A DNA stretch of 64,000 nucleotides, from NCBI RefSeq assembly GCF_009914755.1, contig NC_060947.1; one strand, 5' to 3'. The notes under the pieces were generated by a model that was not told where the DNA came from, ran no database searches, and saw only the letters and a list, made by a program, of their open reading frames with translations. Numbering within the stretch: the stretch's first letter is position 1; each line of letters begins with the position of its first letter. This document shows, in pieces, positions 28,982 through 41,550 of this stretch. The DNA is from the human T2T-CHM13v2.0 reference genome, Homo sapiens. The position numbers and the translations under genes are program-made.

Positions 28982-29116
28982 GCCACAGACATCTGTGACC
29001 CAAATCCAATCCTGATGCTCATGCTTTGTGTCTACATGTATGAAAGACTCCCTACATATCTCCCTAAGAAGGTGGTGTCCTTTGAATGTACTCTACATGA
29101 CACGGTGCTGAATAAG
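28982..29116 (+). CDS. CFAP47: CFAP47 coding exon C (CH domain C-terminal helix): ATDICDPNPILMLMLCVYMYERLPTYLPKKVVSFECTLHDTVLNK
   Basis: ctag acceptor ending at 28981; AAG|gtaagg donor; 135 nt, phase 0/0. 'DI.d.n...ml.l' resembles the terminal helix of CH domains. Confidence 0.9.
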
Positions 29117-30537
29117 GTAAGGATAATTTTGGGGTCAAAATGTGTAAGGAGTTACACAATTAAGAGAGGTTTTAGATATTTCTTTCCCAACCCAAAATTA
29201 ACAGCAAGCGTCTGTAGGAATAATTTTATTAAAAGTGAATAAGCCTTATCAAATGTTGCTTCTTCTAAGCCAAAGGTCTAGATGAGCGAAAGGTGCAATT
29301 TTTGCTTAAGAGTAATCACCACTTGCAATGAAATGATGACTCTTTTCTTACTCATTTTCATTTGATTTAAAATAATATTATTCTGTATACAAGTTAATTT
29401 ACTGCTTTGATAAGATTCATGTTTATTCCTTTTTTCAGGCTCTTTTATGTTTGTCTCTCTTAATATATGATTGGGAAGGAGGATAATTTTATATTTTTGA
29501 TGCAAAACTCATCCATATGTGGTCTTCAAAAGATATGCCACGGTGATCTTTGATCTGTAATTGTAACTTCTTTGAGAAAATAACTGTAGCCTCCATGATG
29601 GTGTGAGCATCAGTTGATAAGGATTTAGTTAAAAATTGAAGAAAAAAAAAAACAAAACCCAGGTTCTTATCTCAAAATGTAGAGGACTGAATTTAGTGAA
29701 AAGAAAGCCTCCTCTTCTTTGTGTTTGGTTTGTGTTAGTAAATACTGAGGTTCAATCTCTTTTATTTACTTTATTTCTTTCCTTTTTTGTCAAAAAAAAA
29801 GACATAAAACTCCATAGAATTCAGTATTTACTATGATAATTTGCTAATTGCAATGATATCCAAGGGCTTTGGATAAATAACAAGCCTTGAGCTATAATTA
29901 TATTGAATTTTTGACTTCAAAATAACATTTCAGAAGAGTTAAAAGTTTTTTGCTTAGGCCTGCAGGAGACAGGAGTGTAAATTTGATTTAAGTATAATTT
30001 ATTACTGTTAACTATTATTACCAATTCTCTATTTCTGTCTACATGATTGTATTCCTTCATATCACTTAATTGTTATTGATGTTTTTAAGTAGTTAATATT
30101 AATGCTAGCTAACGTTTAAAAATAAATTTAAATTATGATGTTAAAAACCAAATTAAATCATGTTTAAATAGAACACGATTTATTTTCTCATTTTATTATT
30201 TTGCTAGAAATAATGCTCATACCTAAGATTATAGATAAAATTATACAAATATACCTTTCATTTTTCACAATGTAAGAAAAATTTTTGAAAGAAGAAATAA
30301 ATAAAATGTATATGCAAGATAAAACAAATTACAACAAGCTTTGATTTTAACTTTTATTTAAGAAAATTAGTGATTTGGAAATTGCTGAGAATCTTTTATG
30401 TATTTTGCTCCTGTGAATCAACACGATGAATGGCAGTGCGTTAAGTCATAGAAAGTCGTTCTTACCACCAACCCTATCAATGTTACAGAATATAGCAAAA
30501 TCTCCAGAAATGGCTACAAAATTGAGAAAGTATTTCT

Positions 30538-30811
30538 TTTCTTTTTTTTTTTTTTTTTTTGAGACGGAGTTTCACTCTTGTTGCCCAGGCTGGAGTGCAG
30601 TGGCACGATCTCGGCTCACTGCAACCTCTGCCTTCGCAGGTTCAAGCGATTCTCCTGCCTCAGCCTCCTGAATAGCTGGGAGTACAGGTGCCTGCCACCA
30701 TGCCCAGCTAATTTTTTGTATTTTTAGTAGAGACGGAGTTTCATCATGTTGGCCAGGCTGGTCTTGAACTCCTGACCTCAGGTGATCCACCCGCCTCGGC
30801 CTTCCAAAGTG
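30538..30811 (-). mobile_element. AluSq-like element, 5'-truncated by about 35 bp
   Basis: gagtttcactcttgttgccc diagnostic; TSD aaagtatttct at 30527-30537 and 30816-30826. Confidence 0.92.
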
Positions 30812-31730
30812 TAAAAAAGTATTTCTATAGCTATGGGCAAATAATAGAAACATAGACTGCTAGAACAAGTACAAAAAAGTAGTGGTCAGTGAAAAAACAT
30901 AGAGTGCAGTGATTTTCCGAGACATTCAAAAAGCAGTTGAATTTTGTTTTCCTTTTGAAACAAAATTTACACAGAAGCAGAATAAAGAATGTCATTGCAA
31001 AAAAGGAATTGAGACTTTAAAACTTTCTTTTGTTCCCTTAAACAGCTAGCTCTTCTTCCTATCTACTCCTCATCACCCCTACACGAAATCCTGGAGTTGG
31101 GTGGTATGACTGTCTGACCACAGATGAGTCCAATACCATTTTGTCATATGTGTGATATGTATGATATAGTGACAATGAATGGCTTCCTTATGATCTAAAC
31201 AGTTCACAACAAATCTACTATAATTTGCAACATTTCCTTCCAAAACAATAGGAATTAGCTCTCTGGGACTTAAAATCGCTTGGTCTGTTAATGAATATTT
31301 GAAATGCATACATTTGTATGAATGTATGTACCTACAAAAAGATTACCACACCACAGTGGGGTACCACACTATAGTGGGGGTCTTGCCCCCATTATTGATG
31401 TCTTTAAGTATTTGAGAACATGAGGCCTCCAAATCCTTAAAGAAACTAAAGTTGGAAATGCTTTATCAACAACACACTTGTTCTATTGGTTACCAAAGTT
31501 TCCATTGAACTAAGAAAATAATTAATCTTTCACCAGATTTTCATCATATTCCTTATGACTCACTATAACCATACCTACTGCTACTTTTTCACTCTTCGAA
31601 TATCTGTGACTATAGGTCCTGAACTTCATAATTTGCAGTGACCTTTTATTCACTCTAATTTGACCAATTATCCTTTTCCCCCATCCTCACCATTCTCTGG
31701 GTCAGAACTTTTGGTGATACCTTGGCATCT

Positions 31731-32219
31731 TGTTAAATAAAAAAAAATATTCATGACACCTGTTAAAACGGTAAGGCAGACTTTATTCAGGACTATTATG
31801 ATAGTTATAGGGACCACTGCAAAGCAGTTTTGCAGTGGGGGAGAGAGATTGAGCTCAACTCGAAATAAAACAAGGAAAAGCAGGAATTTACAGCCAAGGA
31901 GCAGGATGGAGATCAGTGGGTGGGAAATGACTAAGAGGAAACATATGGGTAAGGGGGGATTCTGGCTAAACCAATATAAGATTTTTGCTAAAGGAAGGCC
32001 AGGGTGATCATACATTACCTGAGCAATGGCAGGAGATGAGGAATTTGGTTAGATATCAAGGGTGATTAGATACTGAAGGTGTGGAATTCTGGTTAAACTG
32101 ATTTAGCAGGATTCTTGCTAAAATTGGGCTCTTGAGGACATGCCCAAAGGTGGGGCCTAGTTAAAAAAAGAGTTCAGACAAGCCTTACTGGAGTGTGGTT
32201 GAGAAGAAAATCTTTGTCA
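31731..32219 (-). mobile_element. MER31-like ERV1 solo LTR
   Basis: tgttaaat...aatctttgtca termini (reverse strand starts TGACAAAGATT); 4-bp TSD atct/gtct. Confidence 0.8.
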
Positions 32220-32369
32220 GTCTTCCTAAAGATTGTTTTTTGAATCTCCATTATATTTTACATAAACACTTTGTGTACTCACGTTTTTCAAGAAGTACTC
32301 TTTTGTAATAAAGCAACTCATTTTCTAATGCTCCCCATGTCTCTGGATCAGGAGGAAGGAGACAGCCAA

Positions 32370-32650
32370 CCCTTCGTTGAACTACCACATCTAGACTGGG
32401 CCACCATTATATTCAGCCTGAAACTGTTTTTAAATCTATACTCCTTATAATACCTTCTACACTGAGCAGCCAGAGTATCCTTTTTGTAAATTGGATATAT
32501 AAGTTCCCTTTTTAAAATTCCCCAGTGGTTTTCCTTTGCAATAAAAATAAAATCCAAGCTGCAAATGCTGATCTTCAAATCACTGGTGATAAGATGCTTT
32601 TGCATTTGTAATTCCCTTTGTTGAAAGTTCCTTCTCTTTGCCCACTTCAG
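32370..32650 (+). mobile_element. L2 fragment
   Basis: ctacactgagcagccagagt...ttaaaattccccagtggttttcc.ttgc...aataaaatccaa. Confidence 0.6.
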
Positions 32651-32657
32651 CTAAACT

Positions 32658-32660
32658 GTA

Positions 32661-32700
<40 letters not shown>
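32658..32700. repeat. (TG)n microsatellite
   Basis: Read directly; lies about 170 nt upstream of exon D. Confidence 0.95.
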
Positions 32701-32701
<1 letters not shown>

Positions 32702-32868
32702 TTGTTATTTTAAAATACAAATTCTGGCTTTGTCCAGTTGGTGTTCATTATAAATAAGTATATTTATGACTAAAATCTATTGCTATCTTTGATAAAAATA
32801 AGAAATGATATAGTTGCATAGTTTTTAATTTTATAATCTTACTTATATCCTCTTCTACTTCTACATAG

Positions 32869-32984
32869 ATTCTACTGAAAAATTCCAGCTCGCGAAACTT
32901 AGTGTATAATGCTAGAATTGTTGGAAGAGATGCTGCTGACTTCTCCCTTTCCCAAAAAGGGAATGTTGTGACAATTTCTCCAAG
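32869..32984 (+). CDS. CFAP47: CFAP47 coding exon D (ASH/Ig-like start): ILLKNSSSRNLVYNARIVGRDAADFSLSQKGNVVTISP(R)
   Basis: Pyrimidine tract plus catag acceptor; AG|gtaggt donor; 116 nt, phase 0 to 2. Not in the ORF track; found by reading splice signals. Confidence 0.88.
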
Positions 32985-33328
32985 GTAGGTATTTTTTTTA
33001 ATTTTACATTATCAGACATATCAACCCCAAATATTTAATGTTATAATTATAAAATGTGACTTTGATTTTAATATTGATAGATATTTAATGAAACGATTGT
33101 CACTCACAGTCAGACAAATATTCGTATGTTTCTACAATTCCTCACCAAAGTTGTTGAAACAATTCTAACAACATAAAACAGCTGTTTTATATGTGCATTT
33201 AATTTTAATTTGTTTTTTATGCATACGGGTCATAGAAACAAGACTATAAGTTGGTTTGTTGTGTACTGCCATTCTGTTTCCTGCAGGAAACTGAAACCAG
33301 TGCATTCTAAAAGTATGTATGTATATAA

Positions 33329-33718
<390 letters not shown>

Positions 33719-35259
33719 TAATTATAGGAAATTTAGAGACTATGAAAGTATGAAGAACCAGAAAATAAAAGGTTCATAATCCTACCTCAAAGAACTCCCC
33801 ATGTTGCCATTTTTCTCTGTGCCCTCATAGTCATTGTGTATGTGTGTGTAAATGATGGATAGACAGATAGATGATATATATACATGTAAATATACTCCCA
33901 AATTTTGATAATGTTATATGTGTCATTTTTATCTAATTGTGTTCTCATAGTTATTTAATGTTTCTACTACTATCCCACTCACAAAAATAAAGTATAATTG
34001 AAACCTCCAGAGAATAGTTTTGGGAAATTAAATCTGAGCATAATGTGAGTCTTCCCAGATCAACAAATCATGTTGGATATGCCAACACATGCTAATGACA
34101 TAAATACTCTTGTTTATTAAATAATACAAAGATGATATGAGAACAGCTGTGTCAGTACCATAGCAGTTGACAAATTTGATAACTACTAATGAACTTTAAC
34201 TAGTCTTGAATTTTAGTCATTGCCTTTGCATTCAATTATTTTTCTCCAATGAAATGTGATAGATAACTACTAAAGTTACTTTGCTTGATTATCTCTTTGG
34301 ATTTTAACTATACATTAAATTGAGTAACTTTTCAAGCTGTAGTCTTTATTTCTGTACTAGTATATCAAACACAGAAATAATAATAAAAAAGGGCCATTTT
34401 AAATTGTACCTAAAATATCCTGTAACCCATTTTCAACAGTGCCCTTGTTTCGTGTCATTAGCCTATGTTAGCTTTCTTCAGTTATTACTCCATGCTAAAG
34501 GGGCATATAAAAGATCTTAATTCAACCTAAAGTAAACCTGAGGAAAAAATCTATACTTGCCTGCTTCTTTATTATAAATAAAATATTAGAATAAAATTCC
34601 TTGTATAATAAAAAGAACCTACCCATTTTCCAAGATCATAATAAAATAGTTAAATTTCTAATATGTCTATTAAAAAACATAATGATAATAACACAAGTTC
34701 ATTTGGACATTGTCACATAACCATTTATTTTGTTGTCAAAGATTTTAAAACTTGAGATCTATACTCCACTCTTCCAATAGGGTGATACAAGTGAAAAGGA
34801 TGAAGTTTCTCCTGCATTTTTTCCACTCATAAACCTGATAGCCTATTCCAGTATTTCAAAGCTTTATGTGGAAATTCTTCCTAATAACCACAATAAACCT
34901 CTGATAATTTAGTTTAAGATTACTTTTCCTGTTAAGGAAGTTCATATTTGTTATTTTTATTATAAATGTGCACGGTAGAAAATTTGAGTTATAGAAAAAT
35001 AAACAGGATAACAAAAATCACCTAGAATTACATCAAACACAGTTTGTTAGTTCGTTTCTTTCCAGTCTTTTCATAGGCACACATAGGTTTATTATAACAT
35101 ATGCATACTTATGTATTTACATAATACAGGCATTATATGTAAATATTAACATACTTAATATTTATTCAACATTTGCTATATAAAAATATCTATATCATAT
35201 GAACTTTGTTTCATATGTCAATATCTATATAGTATGCACTTCATATTTAATCTTCCTAA

Positions 35260-35400
35260 TACCCTATTAGTGTTCTCATATTATAGAAGAAGATATTGGA
35301 CACGGAGACATTAAATTACCCAATGTTCCCTGCTATTAAATGCCAAAGTAGAGATTCAAGACCAGTGAATACAAATTCAGAGCTGGCACTTTTATTAAAC
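35260..35400 (-). mobile_element. MIR fragment
   Basis: cattatagaagaaga.attgga..cggagacattaaa.tacccaa.gttcc core. Confidence 0.55.
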
Positions 35401-35868
35401 TGACACTTGCACATATCTTGTGCATGTGTATGTGTGTGTGTGTCTGTCTGTGTGTCTGTGTCACATTCAACAAAGCCCTTTGCATTCAATATAATGTTAC
35501 TTTGACTATTTCTAAGCAATCCTGAAGATCCATGATATAATTGTGTCTTAGTCTGTTTGGGCTGCTATAACAAAACACCAAAAACTAGGCAGCTTACAAA
35601 CAACAGAAATGTATTTTTCACAGTTCTGGAGGCTGAGAAGCTCAAGATCAAAGCACCCACAGATTGATTTAGTGTCTTGTGAAGGCTTGCTTTCTAGTTC
35701 ATAGATGGTACTTTCTTTCTGTGTCTTCACGTGGTGGTAGGATCAAGGCAACTCTATGGGGCTTCTTTTCTAAGTGTAATAATCCTATTAATGAGAGCTC
35801 TGCTCTCATGATCTAATCACTCCCCAAAGTCCCCAACTCCTAATACCATCACAATGGTGATTAGGTTT

Positions 35869-36610
35869 TCTTCTCTCTTTTTTTTTAGCTTTATTGAGGT
35901 AAATTGGTAAATAAAAATTATATATATTCAAGGTATAGAGTATGATGTTTTGGTATACATATACATTGTCAAATGATTACAGCAATCAAGGTATTGACAT
36001 ATTCATTACCTCAAAAGGTTGCCTTTTGTATATGTCTTATGAGAATACTTAAAATATACTTTCTTTACACCTGTCAAGTGTAAATGACATTATAGTCACT
36101 TTGATATAAACTAGGTATCCAGAACTTACTCAAGTTATATCTTCATGTTCGTACCCTTTGATTAGTATCTCCTCATTTTCTCCACCACCTGACCCAACAG
36201 TGGCTCCTTCCTTGATGGGGTACAGGACCCAGCAGCATTTCCCTTTCCAAGGGATTCACAACAGGAATGCCTATTGGTTATGACAGGAGTGAAAGCTGCT
36301 GGCATACTCTGTAGAGCAGTTTACTGGGGACCTAAGTAGCACCCACTGTGTGGCTGATAATGATAAGCCCTGCCCTTCCTTGTTCCTAGCCACCTCTAGA
36401 CAGCTCAAGTATGCCTGTCTCTCTAATGATCTTTCTGTGTGGTTTTCGTCAGGTTATTGCTCCATTGTGTTACTTCAGGGTCTTAATTGGAACCTTGAGC
36501 CCTCTCTAAGCTATTTTCTTTCATAGATAGCTGTTTAATTATTGTTTTTATGTGGAGAGAATGAAGATTAGTATCTCCTACTCTGCTGTTCTGATGATGT
36601 CACTCCTCTT
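35869..36610 (-). mobile_element. Internally deleted L1MA: 3'UTR (about 35869-36195) joined to an L1 5' end (about 36196-36610)
   Basis: T-rich tail, L1MA 3'UTR, then a terminus reading AGAGGAGTGACATCATCAGAACAGCAGAGTAGGAG on the minus strand; TSD gtgattaggttt (35857-35868) / gtaattaggttt (36611-36622). Confidence 0.7.
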
Positions 36611-38241
36611 GTAATTAGGTTTAAACATGTGAACTTGGTGGGGGGGACACAAACATTTAGACCTTAGCTTTCTACCCTGTAGCCCCAGAATTTATGTCTT
36701 CTTGCCTGAAGAATATATTCATTCCATCCCAATAGCCCCCCAAAATCTTAGCTCACTTCAACGTCAACTCAAAAGTCTGAAGTCTTAATTCTCACCTATC
36801 ATATAAGTCTTGTATTTAGGGTTTGCCTAGAAAAATAAAAGTATAAGTCTGATATGGGTGAGATTCAAGGTATGATTCTTCCTAAGGCAAATTACTTTCC
36901 AGCTGTGATTCTGTGAAATCAAATAAGTTATATTCTTCCAAAATACAATGATGGAATAGGCGTAGGGTAGACACTTCTACCCTATTCCAAATGGGGGAAA
37001 TAGGAAAGAAGAAAGTGATAACAGGTCCTAAGTGTGTCCAAAACTAAACAGGACAAATAACATTAAATCTTAAGGCACCAGAATAATCTTCTTTGACTTG
37101 AAACTCTGTTCTCCAGGCCCACTGGTGGTCCTGCCCCCGATGGCTTTGAGGCAGCCCAGTGCCTGCCACAGCTCTGTGTCTGAGAACATGTCAGTTCTCT
37201 GCAGTAGCCTCACCGCTGTGGTCATTCTATGCCTGGGTCTTGTGGTTGTGGTTACCCTGAGCTGGAATCTTGCTCCAATGTCTCTACTGGTGTGAGGTCT
37301 TCAGGGAGGCCTGCCTCCAGAGCTCTACTGGGCATTGCTTTAGTGGGAACTCTGCAGTGGCCCTTCCCCATGGCAATTCTCTAACTGAACCCCAAGACTC
37401 TCCAGGGTACCCTTTGAAATATAGGTGAAGGCATGCACTTTCTGTGCTTTCTGCACCAGTGGAAATGGTACTACATGGATGCCTCCCAAATTTATTGTCT
37501 GTGCCCATCAGAGGGGCAGCTACCACATTCCAAGCCACACCTGGGTCTGCTGAAGCAGCACCTGGGGCAGCCAAGGAGCATGATACTGGAATGTGGACAG
37601 TAGAGCCTTGAGGCATTGGTGGGCAGCAAACACCAGGGTCTCACAGCTGTTCATACTCCCTTCTCCTTAAAATTATTCTGTCTCTCAGGCCCTGGCATTC
37701 TGGGCCTATGATGGGAGAGGCAGCAAGGATGATCTCTGAAATGTTTTGGGGTAATTCTCCATAGTTTTAATGAATATCATCTGGTTTTCATGGAGATTCC
37801 TGATCCATATTAATCTCCTTATCAAACAGTTCCTTGCCCACACCCTTGTTCTCCCCTAAACATGTTTGTTCTCTCATTCTTTTCAATATGGATAAGCTAA
37901 GAATTTTCCAAACTTTTAAGTTCTGCTTCCCTTTTGGTTAAAAATTCTGTTTTTAAATCATTTCTTTCTTCTTCCATTTTACTATATGCATTCAATAGAA
38001 GCCAATCCACACCTTTAACACTTTCTTGGAAAATTCTTTAGTCAGACATTCTATTTAATCACTCACAAGTTCTACCTTCCAGGAAACACCAGGACACAAA
38101 CACCATTTAGCCAAGTTCTTTGTCACTTTTTAACACGGGTTTTCTTCCTCTGTTGTCTAGTAACTTGCTCCTTATTTCTGTCTGAGACCTCATCAGGATG
38201 GCCTTTACTGTCCATACTTCTACCAGTATTCTTTTCACGAA

Positions 38242-38533
38242 CTTTTAGGTAATTTCTAAGAATGTTAAACCTTTCTCTACAGCTTTATTCTTTTGAGCCT
38301 TCACCAGAATCACCCTTTTAGGTAATTTCTGAGAATGTTCAAGCTTTCTCTACAGCTTTATTCTTTTGAGCCTTTTCCAGAATCACCCTTTTAGGTAATT
38401 TCTAAGAATGTTCAAGCTTTCTCTACAGCTTTATTCTTTTGAGGCTTTACCAGAATCACCCTTTTAGGTAATTTCTAAGAATGTTCAAGCTTTCTCTACA
38501 GCTGTGTTATTTTGAGCCTGCACCATAATCACC
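38242..38533. repeat. Tandem repeat, 4 x 73 bp
   Basis: Units start at 38242, 38315, 38388 and 38461 (cttttaggtaatttctaagaatgttcaagctttctctacagctttattcttttgagcc...cagaatcacc). Confidence 0.95.
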
Positions 38534-39389
38534 CTTTATGGCCTTTATATAGTAATGTTGGCTTTTTTTTTTTTCAGCATGCACCTCAATTCTTCCAGCC
38601 CCTACCTATTACCCAGTTCCAAAGCCACTTTGACATTTTAGGTATTTGTTACAGCAGCACCCCCACCCACTTCTCAATACTAATTTGCCATCTTAGTCCA
38701 TTCAGGCTGCTATAACAATAAACCATAAAATAGGTAGCTTACAGACAACAGAAATTTATTTCTCACAGTTCTAGAGTCTGGGAAGTCCAAGGGATCCAGG
38801 TGCTTGCAGATTCAGTGTCTGGCAAGGGTCTGAGTTCTGGTTCATATATGTATGAATTTATATATATATAAATTGCTAAGAGCACTTGTTCTCTGACTAT
38901 TTCTATCTCATGACATCCTGTTCTTAAATTGAGGTACCATATCTTCATAATTGTCTCTGACTTTTATGTTCTCATCTATCCTTGAATTTTCTCTAAAGTC
39001 AGTTGCTTTATTTACCTTGATCTTAGTGTTCCCTGTTAAAAGATTCGCTCAAATGCCTCCTGACACATGGTTATTCATTCATATGTAATAACATGGCAAT
39101 AGAAAAGTAAATTTCTGTACTGTATGTGCACAGGTATGTCAATTGGTAGGCTTCACATTAGGGTGAAAAACCATTCTGCTTTTATGCCCAATTGTCTGAC
39201 ATTTTATAATGGCATTGAAGGGAGTAGGGTTGTCTGAACCCCATCTTGCCCTTTATGTGGTGGTGGTTTCCTCTAACCAGCTGTGTTTTGAAAATCTCTT
39301 TATTATAATTTTCATGAGATTTTTCTTAGGAAAAGAAATGATGAATCTGGGTTTCAGATGCCATTGTGGTTTAGAACTCCTCTTATATC

Positions 39390-39572
39390 ATTTAACAATT
39401 AAATGTTATGTTTCAGTCTTGACATGTAAAGGCTCTATGATCCAGCCTCAGTTTCCTTATTTGAAAAATGTGGATAAGGCTATGTACCCACAGTGCTGTC
39501 AGTAATAAATATGATTATGTAGGCAAAACACCTTGTACCATAATGGAACTTATAGGAAGCAATTAATAAGGA
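39390..39572 (+). mobile_element. MIR
   Basis: agcctcagtttccttatttgaaaaatgtggataa core. Confidence 0.72.
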
Positions 39573-40729
39573 TGACCGCCTCAATTTGGAGTACTGGTGA
39601 CTCACAAATTAAAATATATCAACACTACTCGCAAATGCTTACAATCTATCCCAATGCCAGGCAAGCAAATACATACCGAAGATATAAATCAATAATTATT
39701 TTATTTATTATGTGTGTATAGAACTAGATGAAAACTGAAAAAGAAGTGCCTGCCTACTCTTGAGGAAACCAAGGAAGGGTTCCCAGAAGAAGTAATGCTT
39801 AATTCTGAACACATATAAAAAACAACTACTCACTTATCTAAATGCATTTTATTTTGTAGGCTTGAAATAAAATTATTTTAGGTAGCTGTTATTTTAGGTG
39901 GCTCTCTTTAGTTAGGCTAAATAATTTCATAGGATTTGGTTTTTACAAATACGACTCAGAAAACATTTTGTTTTCCTAAACAAAAAAATGAGTAATTTTA
40001 TCATTATAAGATATTATATAATTATATATTTATGTGTGCCACATTCTTTGTTAGATACTGTCTAGATCACAGTTAATAATGTCTCTTTCTGCCAGCTATG
40101 GATTTAAATTCTCAGACATATTACTTATATAGAAAATGTTAAACAGCTACACCAGCATATAAACAAACATATTTACTTCTGCATCTAACTTTATGACTAC
40201 ATTTAGCTATAACCATAGAGTGACTGTCATAAAAGTGAAAGTATAAATTTAGCAAACCATTCTTTTTTTCTCATTATTTTCATTGAGCCATATGTGCACT
40301 GACATTGATGTGTTGTATATTTATTCTCCATCTATTCCAAAGGCTAAATTGAAGTAGCTTACAATGTATATATAATATCAAGGAGGTTTTTTTTAAAAAA
40401 AAATCAGGGAAAGGCAATTGGAGCAAAAAAAATAAAAGGTAAAATAATTAAAATGAAACCTATAGTTATGATAGAAATGCCTGGAGACTTAGGAAACTTA
40501 CTCTAAGTAGACTACACATTTGATTCTGAAGTTTCTAACAAATTCAGAAAAGAATGCTGGTCATTTACATGCTTCAATATAACTACAAAATTTAAAAAAT
40601 AATTACCTATACTTAAGAGAAGGCTGTTCATGGAACCAGCTATTTATCTCATAAAAAGGATACTCTATTTTGAAATGTATTCCATAAGACTTAAGTATAG
40701 GTTCATAAAATCTTTCATTAAATTCATGT

Positions 40730-41550
40730 TCTTTAGATGGTGGTCATTCTTGAATGCTTCTCTTTTCATCAGCTTCCATCGAGATCCAATCCGTTACCAG
40801 ATCCTATCGATTTTACCAATCGTGTCATAAACCTTGTTTCTTTTTCCCTTCTTCACCTGTTCCACCCCGATTTAATGTAACATCATCTTTATACTAGACT
40901 GCCACAATAGACTCCTAAAAATCTTGTCTGAAATCTATCCTCTATATTAGAATGACAGCTAATTTTTAACAGAAATTTAAACCTTTAACAGAAATTTAAA
41001 AAGGTGCTTAAAATATTTCAGCTTCCCATCAACATTTGGATATAGATTGAATATGCTTAACATGGTCCAAAGTACACTTTCACTTTTGTGACAGTCACTA
41101 TGATTTCGCAGCTTGCTCTTGGCTATATTTTGCATCATTACCCCTATTGCTTGCTAAGATTTAGCATTACTGGCCTTTGATTAGTTATTCAAACACATTT
41201 TAATTCCCCATACCAGAGGCCTTGGATGCCTTCTTTCATCCCCTGTTCAATCTAGTTAACTCATTCTGATACTTCACATTCCACCTAATATATCACTTTC
41301 TCTGACCTTTCAGACTATGTCACACTCCCCATTGTATGCTCTCACAGCACATATATAATTTGTAATTTTCACATTTATTTTGTGTTGGTAGAATGTTGGC
41401 CATGTCCTACCGTTTGTACTATCCAGGAGAGCAGGAATAGTGGTGTTTTTTTTTTCTAATTACTGTATCTCAGAAACCTAAAAGAGTGCCTGGAACACTA
41501 TAAATTATCTAAAAATATCAATTGCATGAAAGAATTAATGGATAAATGAT
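40730..41550 (+). mobile_element. L2 3' fragment
   Basis: tagactgccacaatagactcctaa ... gagtgcctggaacac ... tgaaagaattaatggataaatga terminal pattern. Confidence 0.7.

Larger units (their letters stand above)
35544..38847 (-). mobile_element. MaLR (MSTD/MLT1A-like) provirus: LTR (35544-36669, interrupted), internal region (about 36670-38687), partial second LTR (about 38688-38847)
   Basis: Two directly repeated LTR starts (tcttagtc..tt.ggctgctataacaa); MaLR internal motifs (ccaaaatacaatgatggaatagg; acccagttccaaagccactt). Confidence 0.85.

Noticed and set aside
31668-32015. 115-aa and 84-aa overlapping ORFs
   Set aside because: They lie almost entirely within the MER31-like LTR and have no protein motifs.
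38242-38533. CRISPR-like array
   Set aside because: The units are contiguous near-identical 73-mers with no unique spacers; the context is eukaryotic and there are no cas genes.
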